A stretch of 64,000 bases of DNA from Pocillopora damicornis (taxonomy: Eukaryota), in assembly GCF_003704095.1 (NCBI RefSeq), contig NW_020844363.1, forward strand, positions 372,001-436,000, in the 5' to 3' direction. Below, piece after piece: positions 1-12,540 of the stretch; the stretch's first letter is position 1; the number at the start of each line of letters is the position of its first letter. The notes beneath the pieces were generated by a model, which searched no databases, was not told the origin of the DNA, and saw only the letters and a list, made by a program, of their open reading frames with translations. A program made the translations under genes and the position numbers.

Positions 1-1874
1 TCCTTTTCTTCTAATTTCTTCCTCCTTGTTTCCTCAAGTTTATTTGTTTTCTAGAAACGAAGAAGAAAAACATTAATACCAAATAACTTTTACCACTCAA
101 TGATAATCAGACCTCTTTGATTTGATTTGGTTTCATACAAAAAGCTGGGAACAAAACTAAAGATAATCATTGACGAAAAATATCTCAACTCCAACAAAAA
201 AAATCATGCTGCACGGATTTCTGATGTAATATAATTTCTCTGAAAATCTAAACAAAACACTTCACTTACTCTGGTAGTTTACAGTAAGAAAACAACGATA
301 GAGCGTGATTATAGCTATTAAAAATCGATTTATAACCTTGCAGTCGAAACGCTTTAGTGATTAGGTAATATTAGCGCACTTTTAAAGAGAGTTAGATGAC
401 CTGTCGTACAGTTTTGTTGTGCGAGAAAAAATGTTAGGTTTTTCAAATCAAAAAACGAGTGAGGATTTTAATAAACAGTAGCTCACAACTACCAAGTGCT
501 CACAGGATTTTTTTAAATTAAATTTGTTCCTAGTTTCGAATAACTCCACAAACTGTTGTTGTGTTCTAAGTGGATAAGCAAGAAATAGGAAATAAATTCA
601 AGTTCAAGCCGGATGGTTTTAAAACGTGCGTTTCTCTTCTCAGGCCGTTCCGTTATACCAATTTTTTTTTCCCAATCGATCGCTACATTGAAAAAATTGC
701 AAGTCCCCTTTACAGCTAAGATGAAGAAATTCTTTTCTTAAAATAAATCCAGCAGAATGAAAAGATCCAAAGGATATCAAATGAATATTCAATTACTAAA
801 CTTTCTTTGAAAATACCCTAACGTCTGTTGAGGCAATAACAAGGGGTTTTTACCTTTTCCAATATTTCGATGCGTTCTCTCTTTCTCTTTCGGCACTTCG
901 TCGCTGCGATCTTATTTCTCTCCCTTCGCTTCTTGATAACCTCTGGATCTTCTTCTTTCATTCTCTGAAATACGAAACGCAGAAGTCACAAGTTAAGAGT
1001 GTGTATGAAAATGGTTCTGAGAAATGTCGAGTGAAAAATTGCTAATAATCACATTGTAAAATTTATCACCGGAAACTATTCATGAGCCCCTGTTAAGTTC
1101 TGTCAATCCGGCGCGCAATCGCTTAAAAACAACGTTTTTCCAACAAGGGAAAATAATGAGCTGCTTGAAAAATTTTTACTCCCTTAAAACTGAAAACGAA
1201 ATGGATGAAAGGAAGACACCTTAAATACATATTCAAAACTGAAATTAAGTCTTGTCACACTTCTTTCACGAGCAGTTTCTCTATACCTCAAAATGAACCA
1301 CAGACCATTTCAGTTTCCGAGATATTTCATTTTCGTAAAAAACGTCAGGGTCACCGGGAGGAAAACTGTTTTTACTATTAAGAAGAAAACTATAGTACAT
1401 GTAGTTTGTATAATAAACATATCTCCATCGATATTTAAACGGTATTGAGAGAGGGGGACTTTAGTTTACACAGCGACAGCATTTATGTGAATTGAAAATA
1501 AAGTAAGCTTTTAACTGGTTATATTCAGAATGACTGATTAAAATTGTTCATACGTCGCGCCTTCTTTGACAGATTTCTGAGATCCTCGTGGAATAGAATA
1601 TATGTTGTCATCGCTCGTTTGTCTTGGTACAAACACAAAACGTTGCTCATTGTAAAAAAAAAAAAGCTGTCTTTCGGTTTTCCCCAACAATAATTTATAA
1701 TTTAGTAGTTGTTACAGCACATACCGGTGGTGCTGGCTGTCTTTTCTTCTCTTCTATTTTCGGTAACGTTGTACCATTTTCCAAATGCTTTTGGGTGATT
1801 TTTCTTTTGAGACCCTCTTTTATCATAGCACAAGGACTTTCAAAAGCATCCATTTCTTGCCTTCTTTCTATCAT
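1..1874 (-). CDS. ATF3/JDP2/FOS-family bZIP transcription factor, 3' end beyond window
   Basis: Coding exons 1874-1725, 964-854 and 50-1, GT-AG and phase 0. Basic region KKRRERNKIAATKCRKRKRERIEILEK continues into zipper KTNKLEE. Upstream MIKEGLKRKITQKHL resembles ATF3 FVKEELRFAIQNKHL. A probable non-coding exon ends at the 3048 donor (AAG|GTAAG) and splices to the 1892 acceptor. Confidence 0.85.
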
Positions 1875-4800
1875 ACCAGTGTAGAACGACGACTAAAGAA
1901 GGGAAAAAAAGATACATTTGAAGAACAATTTAAAGACGGAAAAATATCAATGCCAGCGAACGGTAAAGTTAGTGGACCGTATGCCAAAGGCGTCAAATAC
2001 GCAATGATCCGATAACAGGAGCCAGGCGTATCCTTTAAAATTTATTCTTTTCCTAAAAATTATAGGCAGGACAATTCTAAGAAATTGCCACCTCTTGACA
2101 ACAATTGTCCGCCCACACAAGCTGAGTTGAGCTTATGAGGTTTTAATTATTTTTACAGGTGAATACGTATCTAAATCGTCCGTATCAAAATTTTCCTGTA
2201 CTACAATCACGATGGGCTGTCAGGACAAGGTTACATTGCGAGCTAGCGAGCTAATTAATTTACGCACCACGATCGATTCGGAAATTGCTGAATTCCCAAT
2301 ATGAAACGTTCTCTAAAATTATTTCATCAAAGATTGAACTTATAATACCGTACTATTTTCTTCTAATTGTCTACTATTGCGAGAGAGACAGTCTCGGGAA
2401 ATTTTCTTCCACCCAAAGTGTCTACAGAATGGTCTTCGTGACGATAGACTCTGAACTTTTAAGGAAACGTTTATGTTGTACTTACTTCTTTGCCAGGGCC
2501 GTGATTAAAGCTAGATGAGAGGAGGGGATTAAAACTTGGTTGTTGAAGTCTTCCGTCACAAGCAGAAAACATTGATGCATTTAAATTTTGCCAAATGTTT
2601 TCGTTTTGCATCGCGAGTAGGTTGGCGTTTCTTACGAAAAATATACATGTGATCCCGGGACAGACTTTTTTATAGATCTTTGAACTAGGGAAACTCCCAC
2701 AAAATTGACAATAACAAATCTATTTTAAGCACGAAGATATGGGAATATATGTAAATCTGTTTGGTTCTGTTTTCTTTTGTTTTCGCTATTCTCCGAAAGC
2801 CCATCGATCGATTCCTGGAAAGAGATAATGTGTACTTCCGGTAGTCACGCAATCTCCCAGCAAAGCCAAAAAGTCCTCAAACGTTCGAAAAAGCAACTAA
2901 AATCTTACTGAGTGAGGGTGGACAATTGCATGTCTTTGCGAAATACAAAACAAACCTAAATTACGAGTGGAAGCGTATTTGATCACATCAAATTAAGACT
3001 CCGAATGAAAATAATGGAATGTCAAAGCACAACGTCAGATTTCTTACCTTTGGTGAAACGAATCCGGAATCGAAGTCAAATTGTGGTATCAAAAACTGCA
3101 GAAATTCACAAGACCTCAAGTACTGCGCTCAGAATTTGACTGCGTAGTAGAGCAAGCTTTAACAGGACTCCACAGTGGACTTTAGCCTAAACGGAATAAA
3201 GTGTGGGATATAATACTGATCCAGGCACGAGACCAAACCGGAACAATAAACCGACATTCATAAGACTGTCACGAGGAGAAACCAAATTCATTGATAGTAC
3301 GGTTTTGTTTTCAGGGCGTTCCTGGAAACCTTCTTTGTTATTTTTCTTAGACTAAAATATGTATTGTTTAATTTTTGGGCTTGCCCATTGAGAATTCGGT
3401 AATATGTACGCAATTATAACTCGCCTAAAGAAATGGTTTCGGAGAAGTAACACTCTACATCTTTCTTAGAAAACGTACCCGTGAAAGCAAACAATTCGAC
3501 GTATGTTTTTCGCAGCTTTGCTGCACTGACTGGTCTATAAGAGTTCGGATTAAGTATAATTCTTGCTCGCGGATGAACATTATCCATTGGTACAATATTG
3601 CGTAAATGTAACTGCAGTAATTCTCGAAGTACAGTTGTAAATGTTCAGTTTCCAGTGAGACTAACTGACCTTACCGACCCTACTGAATTCTAGTAAGCGA
3701 TCTAATCGGTTTAAATGTCATTCCTTTTAACACAGAAAGGTTTGCACCTTTTAAAGTTTTACCAGAGGGTAGGCTGCATACATCTATTTTAACACAGAGA
3801 ACAAATTTCGAGCTCGTTTAGCACACCTAGATTAAGAGTTGCGCGCTAAGGCCATGGTGATCGAGTTTCTTATTTAATGAAAGTCACTGCCATTGTTGCA
3901 TGCTTGATTTAGAGAATATGAATTACCCTCCTTGAAAAAGCAGAAGGAGAGTGCTAAACTTAGAGATAGGGAGAGCTGTAGCCGAAGCTTCGATGGCAAC
4001 GTCTGTTTGCGAAAAAGACTCTTTAGCCTCCGGTAAGTCACGGGAGACACTTCGTCTTGTTAGGTGAATTTCAAGTCGGGCTGCTTTGCACATACACACA
4101 TGAAGAAACAGGTAATTATTTGCTTCAGAACAAACCATTTATCACCCTTAAATCAAGGCTAGTTAAATTTCAAACACGGATCGAGCCAATTCTGATTCAT
4201 TTCGTTCTTAAGCGTGAAGTTAATTTATGTTTGCTGATTTCAGAGAAATGCACGTCACGACTCAAGCCTTAAATTCTACGAAACTGGGTGTAACAGGACA
4301 AACATATCTATTTTTGCGTCAAACATTGTGAAACGCTCCCATTGAACACACGAAATACCTTAAATAAGAGGGAAAAACGAATTAATTGAGAATTCCTTCA
4401 TCATCGCTTACTAAGAAAGAAAAACAATGTACTAGTTGGCGGAAAATTGTTTCCTGCTGGAAAAATTCAATTTCCGGTCTGGTGAGAAATTCAATACTTT
4501 TTCGATTTTCACTCCATTTTGTTTTTTGCTACATCCATTTGAATCGCCTTAAATCGTAGCTCAACAGTATAAAGCAAGAAACAGACAAAAACTGAAGGAA
4601 TATGTTTAAACGGTTGTCGTAAATAGATGCGTAATTCTGGTTGCGAGAGTTCAGGATAACGCGACTTAATTAACAATTTCTTGTTTCCTCTGCACGATTT
4701 GCAAAAGAGAATTTTTAAAGTAATGCTGTTATTTTCATTTTAGGACACAGATTCAAAGACGATATGCGCAACAGAGTTCAATCCTTGAGATCTACAACGT

Positions 4801-6151
4801 GTGAATTATGTATACCTTGATTAATTATTATTCCCGTTTTGTTGTGAAGCCCGCTTGTCACGCAATCTTGTTGTATTCCAGGTCAAGTTCCGGGCTGATT
4901 AGACTTCGCTAGTCCATTTTTACACCGGAAGTCAGGTCTTATTGTTGTAAACAAAACACTTCTTCTCGAATCACGGTTAATGCAGATTTGCTAGTTTTGC
5001 TATCTTTGCTATCTTGCTCTATTATGAAAAAAGAAAAAAAAGGAATCTGGGTGCTGTACACGACAAAATGAAACTATCGTCTTCTACGAAATAAATTTTC
5101 TCTGTTGAACGTGTTTCAAAGAATTTTCTTCGCGAAATAAATCTTTAACTGTTTATTGGGTTCAAGCTCTTATTCATGTTGAAATATAGTCTTCGTGGTG
5201 ACATAATTAAAACACTTTTCGAAGGATTTTTCCCTGTTTTGAACAATGCAGGCAAACTTCTATTCTATACGTCATTTGTCCAGCAGACAAAAACCGAAAA
5301 ATGTGGTCGAGTAAATAACTCCCGATAAATTCAAGCCATGGCTCCCATTATATTCTGGTCATGGCTAGCTTGAACTACGCGGTAACTCGAACTAAAATTG
5401 ATTTCTTACAGTACTCCTTCAATTCTAGAGAAATCTTTTACCCCCAGTAACTCCAACCTCCCGATAGAACCCCTACCCAAAGCCGTCTCTTCCATGAAAT
5501 GTAGCTAAATGCGCATGATTTACTACGCCAATCGAAAATTAAAACTTTTCCGTAAGGAACCGTCTGTTACCTTTACTCCCGTTATCCAGTAAATATGGTT
5601 AAATATGTGCTACACTGAAGTCGAGCACCTTTTTTTTTTCCATAACCTGATCTACACACGGGGGTCGGGAGAATTCGAGAAAATTATTGTATCGGTTTGA
5701 AATAGTTTCGAGAATTCGTCCATCCCATTGCTTCGCTAATTAGCAGTTTTTCTCATAATGAAACTTGTCTTTCACACATTTTATGAGTCTAAGGATAGCT
5801 TCAACTCAATGTTATGTTTTTCATACAATGGTTGCCTGATTTTTTACTCTGTTTGTCCATTTCTTGGCAATCGTGTGGTCACCACATCTAGGCTTTTAAA
5901 CCACACTCGTGTCCCCCATGGGAGAGAAAATTACCATCTCTCTTGATCTAACATCCAAGCCCAAAATCCCACAGTGATGACAGCATTAGTTATTAGATAT
6001 TGGTTATTAGCCAGGCTGTCATCTCCCTGAGCTTTTTGCAGTAGAAGCCACGGGAATGGCCTAAATGGCTGACTGAAGGTTACACAAATGTCTCAAGTTT
6101 GACTTCCTTGTAGACACAAAGCTCACATCCTGTCATGATTATTGGCCAGAC

Positions 6152-8089
6152 TCAGTGCATGGTTGGTGCCTCAGAAATGACAGTAGCGCCATGTTTGTCC
6201 CACAGTTCCATTGCTTCATTAACAATCATCTCAAAGTTGTCTTTTGGGACTGGCTGTACACAAGCACCATGAAAACGTGTAAATAAAAGTACTGGTAATT
6301 AGACAAAATAAGAAATTTTATTTATGAGTTTAACCCTTCACACCCTAACATCAGTATGCACATTCTCTATACTGTTTTCTATACATTTCCTAAGGTGCTG
6401 ACAAAAAGAATTTGCTTAACAATCAAGAGCCTCTTTAGTTGGTGACCATTTCCTTTATTCTCATGACCTTGATGTGTGATTTGAGGATGATATTGTAGGG
6501 AGAAATAACATGCTGGTCACTCTTAGCAGTCAAAAGGTTAAATAGTATGGTAATCCAAAACTGCCATGACAAGGATTTCACTATGGTGTGTGACTAGTGA
6601 AGTACAGTGCATTTGATATATCTTACCTTACAAAAGAACCTCTCAACACCCTGAATAGATTTTTCCATAAGGAGTTGACGTCTAAAGAACACCAGAAGAC
6701 TGACAGCCACAAAAACAAGAATCTTACTGGATCCACTCACAACTTTGTCCCATATCCTACAGAAGAAAAAAATAAACAAATTAAAAAAAACATACAAACT
6801 CAATTCAACTACTTACAATGTACCCCTAAGCCCCAGCCTAAAGCTGTCAAGTTTCCTTAACCCTATACACCCTAACACCAATATGCATATTCTCCATACT
6901 GTTCTCTGTACATTTCCTAAGGTTCTGACTAAGAGAATTTGTTCAAGAATTCAAAACTTCCTTTGTTGGTGATCATTTTCTGTATTCTCCTTGACCTACA
7001 TGTGTGATTCAGGTGTGATATTGTAAGGAGAAGTTAGATGCTAGACACTCTTAGGAGTGAAAGTGTTAAGAGTCTGGACATGTGTAACAATTTACAATTA
7101 AAGGTTTTTAAATTAGCTTTGGCATGGTGATGAGAATCACCTGGGCTAAGGTTTATGTTATCAACCAAGATGATGACAAACAAGGCTAAAACAAAAGCCA
7201 AGCCTTAAGTCCCAAAATAATTGAAAAAAAGTATTATGCGAGCTTAAAAACTATCATAATCATGATGATGTCACTTCTTAGTGTCTATGACTACTGTCAG
7301 GAGGTGTAATAACACCAAACACTGCTTACAGGAATAAGCTTAGTACTTAAAGTGCCCGTGACATGAAATTTTTTTTGCATAAGTATTTTGCTTATGGTAT
7401 GAACAAATCAATTTTGATAGGAGAAAAATTTCAAAAACTTAAAACTTGGTTTTTTTTATGCCCTTACATGCTCTTATTTTGTCTTAAAAGTGTCCTGTGG
7501 ACTGGTAGCAAGTTAGTGGTTGATTACATAGAAAACTGTGAAAACTCTCAGTTGACACTTACAAATCCCTCACATCCCTTGCAATTTTATGTCAGTCAGC
7601 ATTGAAATACCCTTTAAATAATGTCCAATAGCCATGAATACTTATCTTCAGCAAGCTCTACCAAGAGTTATGATACATTTTACTCCAGTTAGAACTGACT
7701 GAGGTAACTCTAACTAATGAAGTGGAGGTAATATAGAGGTAATGATTGCAGTTATAAAATCTGTACACAAAATGATCAAGAGATGAAAGTATTCGATAAC
7801 CTTTCCATGCATGAATCTGGAATATCCTCAGCAAAGCCACTTTCAAACCACCTCATGAAAATAAAAAGTACAAAACATAAGAAAACATTTACAAGAAACA
7901 GTTTAACCAAATGAATATAAGTTTTCACACCAAAGTCATTTACAACTCTAAAAGAGATTTTTTAACCCTTTCACTCTCAAGATCTGATTGTTAATTCTCC
8001 CTTCTTGCTGATACTCATTTCCTTTAAAACTGGTTCCAAGAATTTGGTGTTAGATCAAGATAACAACTTCCACCTGATAAATCAATAAA

Positions 8090-8134
<45 letters not shown>

Positions 8135-11100
8135 TATAGCAGGTAATTTAGTGTTAACAACTGGGTTGAAAACGTAAATTAGCCACCGTAAAGGGTAAAA
8201 AAGCTGACGTTTCGAGCGTTAGCCCTTCGTCAGAGCGATTCTACCTGATAAGTTTGAGTATTCTCATTACCTGTCTGCTGGATAATGTATGGATATAATA
8301 AGGAGAAGTTACATATCAATCACTTCTGGGATTTTAAGGGATAAGAAAAAAAAAAGGGCTTGAAAACCAGAAATTAAACCAATCTGACCAGTGTAATGAA
8401 GTAAAATTTGGTTTTTAAAATTAAAGAAGGAATAGGGTTGAGAGAGTTGTTTTTACTGAGATTAAGAAATTAATAGCTCAAATATTTTATCTACCTCTTA
8501 TGTGGTAAGACATTAAATGCGTCAATATTTAATAAGTGTTTATGAAGATGGACATCTTCAGCTTGAAGGTAATACTGAATCAGGTTTGCCTTGAAACACA
8601 ATAATATCAATAATTAATAATAAAGAAGATTACAGCCCTAATTTCAAATAAGAAAAAACTGTTTAGCATAAACAAGCATATTAACAACAGGCTAACACCA
8701 ATTTTCAAATAAAAAAAAAAATAAAAACAGGAGATTTTGGTGCACAAAAAATCTTTTAAGATTCCTACAAAAATGTTGGTTGCAAAGGTCCTACCGTGCA
8801 ATTATAATAATACTGATTTTTGAAAAAAAATTGTGTTAAATTATTTGACTTAAAGTAACAACTAATAATAATTCATAACTCATGACCAAATTCTACAAAC
8901 ATGCTACACAACTAGAAAACTCATTAAAGTAGGCTAATGTGCATCACAGCATTGTTGTTGTTGTTGTTGTTTTTTTAATATCATCGAAAACAACTTACTG
9001 CAACTCATCATCAAACTGGTTTCAAATATTTTAAACCAAGAAAAAATCAAACCAATAAATGTACAAAGAAAGATTGGGTACAATTCAAACCATCATGCAT
9101 CTTAAAAAATGTTAAAAACTGAAAATACTTGCTTGGCTGAGCAGAAAAAGATGCTTTTTAGTATAGTTTTTTAAAACGGTATGCCACAACAAGATTCTGT
9201 GTTACCAGTTTCTCTAGCTGTAGTCCTGACTGGTCCAGACACTTCATGAACTTTGCCGACAACCAGTAAAGATCAACTTCATCTTCAAACATTTCGCTAA
9301 ACACCTGCACTACAGATCTCATTACTTCTGCTTTCCTTTCAAGATCCTAATGGGGTACAAAATAAAGCTATTAAGTTGTGTGTCTTCATCAATCTCCAAA
9401 CTGTAGGTAGAGAGAACTGTTTCCAGTGAAATCCCCCACTTCAAAAGCAGGAGTTTTAGGATCCTTGCCCTACAAATAAGCCACACTTCTTGGTACATCC
9501 TTCACCTTTAATCTCCCAAGATCCAATTAGTAATCCTCCCTATTTCCTGCCATAGTTTACCTTTAATTAACCTTGTAAATTAGACAAAGAATTTGGTATT
9601 TTTTCAAAATAACACTCTTCAGCTGATAAGCAATTTTATTATATAGCAGCAATGAAATACCAAGTGAGCTTTTGTGTGAAAACATGATCTCTTCACAGAT
9701 AAAGATAACATGTTATATCCACACCTTAAAAGATCACTGTTGCTATAGTTACATACAAAAGTAAAATCATCAGTTATGTTGTTGGTGTTTGTATAATAAA
9801 ATAAAATATTACATGGCCATGCCAAGATATGAAATTTCTCTTCCAGTGTTGAAATATTTGAAATATCTGCACACCCATGTAATATCCTTTAAAATGTGTC
9901 TGTTCTCATAACCTGTTTACAAGATAACTTATTGGAATTACAAGGTTGAGTTACAAGTCATTCACTTCTGGGAGTTGAATGTTTAACCCTTTAACTCCCA
10001 GTTCAAATTTGTCATTCTCCTTACTGTAATTTATACATTTCCTATTATTTTAGTTCAGAGAATTTAGTATTGGATCAACTAATTATCCCCAAATCAATAT
10101 TTTTCTTTATTCTTATCACTTATCTGGTTGATATTGTATTGATATTGTAAGGAGAAATTTTGTCTTGGTCACTCATGGGAGTTAAAGGGTTAAGGCTATA
10201 TGGCAAAACAGCTGTAACTTTAACCCTTTACATCCTAACATCAATATGCATATTCTCTATACTGTCCTCTATAAATTTCCTTAGGTGCTGATAAGAAGAA
10301 GTTGTTAAATAATCAAGAGCTTTTTTAATTGGTGATCATTTCCTTTATTCTCATGACTTTACTGTGTGATTCAGGGATGATATCATGAGGAGAAATTATA
10401 TGCTGGTCACTTTTACAAGCTAAAGGATTAAACAATGTATCTTAAGGGTATATTTACACTACAGATTGTGGATCAAGTAAGCAAAGCAAGAGTCCTTAAA
10501 CTACATGAAAGTCACTGCTCTGTTGCTCAACTCAGCATTTCAAAATTAAGAAATAATTAAATTTCCTTTATATTTTACCTTTGGTACTTTTACAAATCGA
10601 AAAGCTCCTTCATCCAACAAAAAGACCATTGACATTTGATAAGGCAATTCATCTCCATCTGAAATTTTCCTTATAACTCTCAAAGCATGCTGAAGGTCAT
10701 GAAAATGTTTGCATCGCTGTTGCATTACAAACTGCTGGGCATCGTGGTAAGGGGGAATGATACCTGTTTTCCATGAAAACAGAAAAAAAAAAAAAAAAAG
10801 CAGAAAGGCAAAGAGAATTTTTATCTGTTTGTCTACTTCATCAGTGGCTCCCAAAGCTTTACTTTTACTCAGAAAATTAGATCATAATTCGCTGTGCTGG
10901 GAACATTTTGTTATAAATTTAAGGTCTGATTTTTATGGTTCTCAATTCCAGGTTGTGTCATAAGCTATTGCCCTTGTTCTCAGGACTGGAGTACTTTTAG
11001 AGGTAGTTAGCATTTGTATCCAGTTCACTCTTTTGAAACTGTAGTACATTTAATGAGGTTTTCTATGTACAAATCTCATGGAGTCCCAGAGGAACGCTTT

Positions 11101-11798
11101 ATTCCAGCAATAGTTTGCATTTTTTTCATTGTTTTCGTGATGTAGTAACCAATGCAAGATTTTGAAAGAAACCCGCAAATAAGTATACAAACAAGCCGAA
11201 CGCGAGTCATTTACAAACTTCTGGACGTTTCCCCACCACTCCAAGGGGTTATTAACCGATAGAATGAGCAGTCTATTGCCTCTATAAAATAAATTTGGCT
11301 CTGAAAGTATTATAAATGATATATTTTGACAAATCCAGGCGCGAGATGTATCTCAGTTATGTTATTCTCGGCCAGAGCAGCTGATCTTCAAAATTAACTA
11401 AACTGATCAATGCAAACTTCCGAGCGAAACTTTCTACCGTACAGTATCGATGTAAATAATTTCCTTCAGGCTACTTGCAATGATCAGAAATTTATCGAAA
11501 GGCATTCTTACCTAAAATCACTTTCCAGACATGGGTTCTGTAAACTGCAGGCAAGGTAAACCGAGTGCTAAATGTTGAAATGCGTTGTAAATCTAAAGAA
11601 AAAGTTTGAGTATTTCTGGACTTAGTTTCTAGAACTTTGGAGCAATCAATCTTACCTAAAAATCACCCCTGCGACTATTTTAATACCTATTGGGTCATCT
11701 TTCAGCAGTATCTCCAACGCTTTCCTTTGCTCGACGTTTTTTAGGCCTAAAGTATCATAATAAAATGTTCGAAAATTTCGTCCATTTTTGTCCACCAT
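6152..11798 (-). CDS. TBC1D7: TBC1 domain family member 7 (TSC complex subunit), 8 coding exons
   Basis: Exons 11798-11687, 11592-11512, 10763-10579, 9346-9206, 8589-8495, 7851-7801, 6756-6627, 6253-6152; phases close. Motifs RNFRTFYYDTLGLKNVEQRKALEILLKDD, LPAVYRTHVWKVILGIIPP, WFESGFA and RIWDKVVSGSSKILVFVAV match vertebrate TBC1D7. Confidence 0.95.
6330..6541. mobile_element. ~210-bp TTAA-flanked MITE (piggyBac-like ends)
   Basis: TTAA-CCCTT...AAAAGG-TTAA termini. Body nearly identical to the copies at 6857 and 10220. Confidence 0.85.
6857..7069. mobile_element. TTAA-flanked MITE, same subfamily as 6330
   Basis: TTAACCCT start and TTAA end. Shared body ATGCATATTCTCCATACTGTTCTC...TGTAAGGAGAA. 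Confidence 0.85.
8081..8238 (-). mobile_element. Short Penelope-like retroelement fragment carrying a hammerhead ribozyme
   Basis: Nearly identical to 38336-38500. Flanked by a 13-bp duplication ttc(c/t)acctgataa (8068-8080 and 8239-8251). Confidence 0.8.
8203..8236 (-). ncRNA. Minimal type I hammerhead ribozyme motif
   Basis: Minus strand GCT-CTGACGA-A-GGGC(TAAC)GCTC-GAAAC-GTC-AGC. Has the CUGAnGA and GAAA cores, stem II, a GUC triplet and stem I GCT/AGC. Confidence 0.75.
9983..10193. mobile_element. TTAA-flanked MITE
   Basis: Clean TIRs TTAACCCTTTAACTCCCA / TGGGAGTTAAAGGGTTAA. A decayed relative starting near 9500 ends on the same TTAA. Confidence 0.9.
10220..10431. mobile_element. TTAA-flanked MITE
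   Basis: TTAACCCTTTA...TAAAGGATTAA; body matches the 6330 copy. Confidence 0.85.
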
Positions 11799-12389
11799 CT
11801 TGGTGCAGGATTAACAGGTGTCATGTAAGCGTCATGGAATTTAACAACACCTCGGACTTAGTCTGCGGCTCAAAAAGACCCTAACTAGCGCGACACCGAG
11901 AACATAACGTACGACTGAGAGAAAAAATCAGGGCGTTGGCGATTTCAATTAAGATATTTTTTGATTCCGTAGAACTAATTGTTGCCCAATGTAGTCTCTT
12001 ATTGCCAAAGTCAGTTTGATATCTAAAAAAAAAACTCACCGCTGTTCCCCAATGCATCAATCTTACTCACCGGCGACTGGGGCTCACTAAAAGAGAACGG
12101 ATGTCATTTGGGACATTTTCCGTGAGAAAAAAGGCCATTTGCGAAACGAAAAGCGAAGCGTGGTATATGCAAGGAAACAATTACATTACAATCGTTTCGG
12201 ATCAGAGAAACGTGACTCGCAGCTCATATGGAGGTATTTTGTTAAAACGGTTTCATTTTAAGAAGGCGTTTACAGTCTTTACAAGAAAAAACGGTTTTTA
12301 AATGTTTAGCTTGTCGGAACATTTTATTATCCAGTGCTTTATTTATGTAACCGTCGTAGGAAAGCTAGGAAACCTACACGGAGGAAACC

Positions 12390-12540
12390 TACTCGTGACA
12401 AACAGATCGGACTCCCGCTGCGCGGTCGTCCGATTTTGTTATCACTCGTATGATTACAGACCGAATTGGACGACACGAAGTCTTACCATCAATTAATCAT
12501 AGAAATATTAATTTCCGAGAAAAGAAGAATAGCCAAGTTA
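12390..12540. repeat. Interspersed repeat fragment with internal hairpin
   Basis: Inverted repeat ATCGGAC-tcccgctgcgcggtc-GTCCGAT. Recalled as a common coral repeat; single copy in this window. Confidence 0.45.

Larger units (their letters stand above)
7962..8344. mobile_element. TTAA-type MITE interrupted by a Penelope-like insertion
   Basis: TTAACCCTTT...TAAGGG ends. Body split at 8081-8238 by a second element. Confidence 0.8.
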
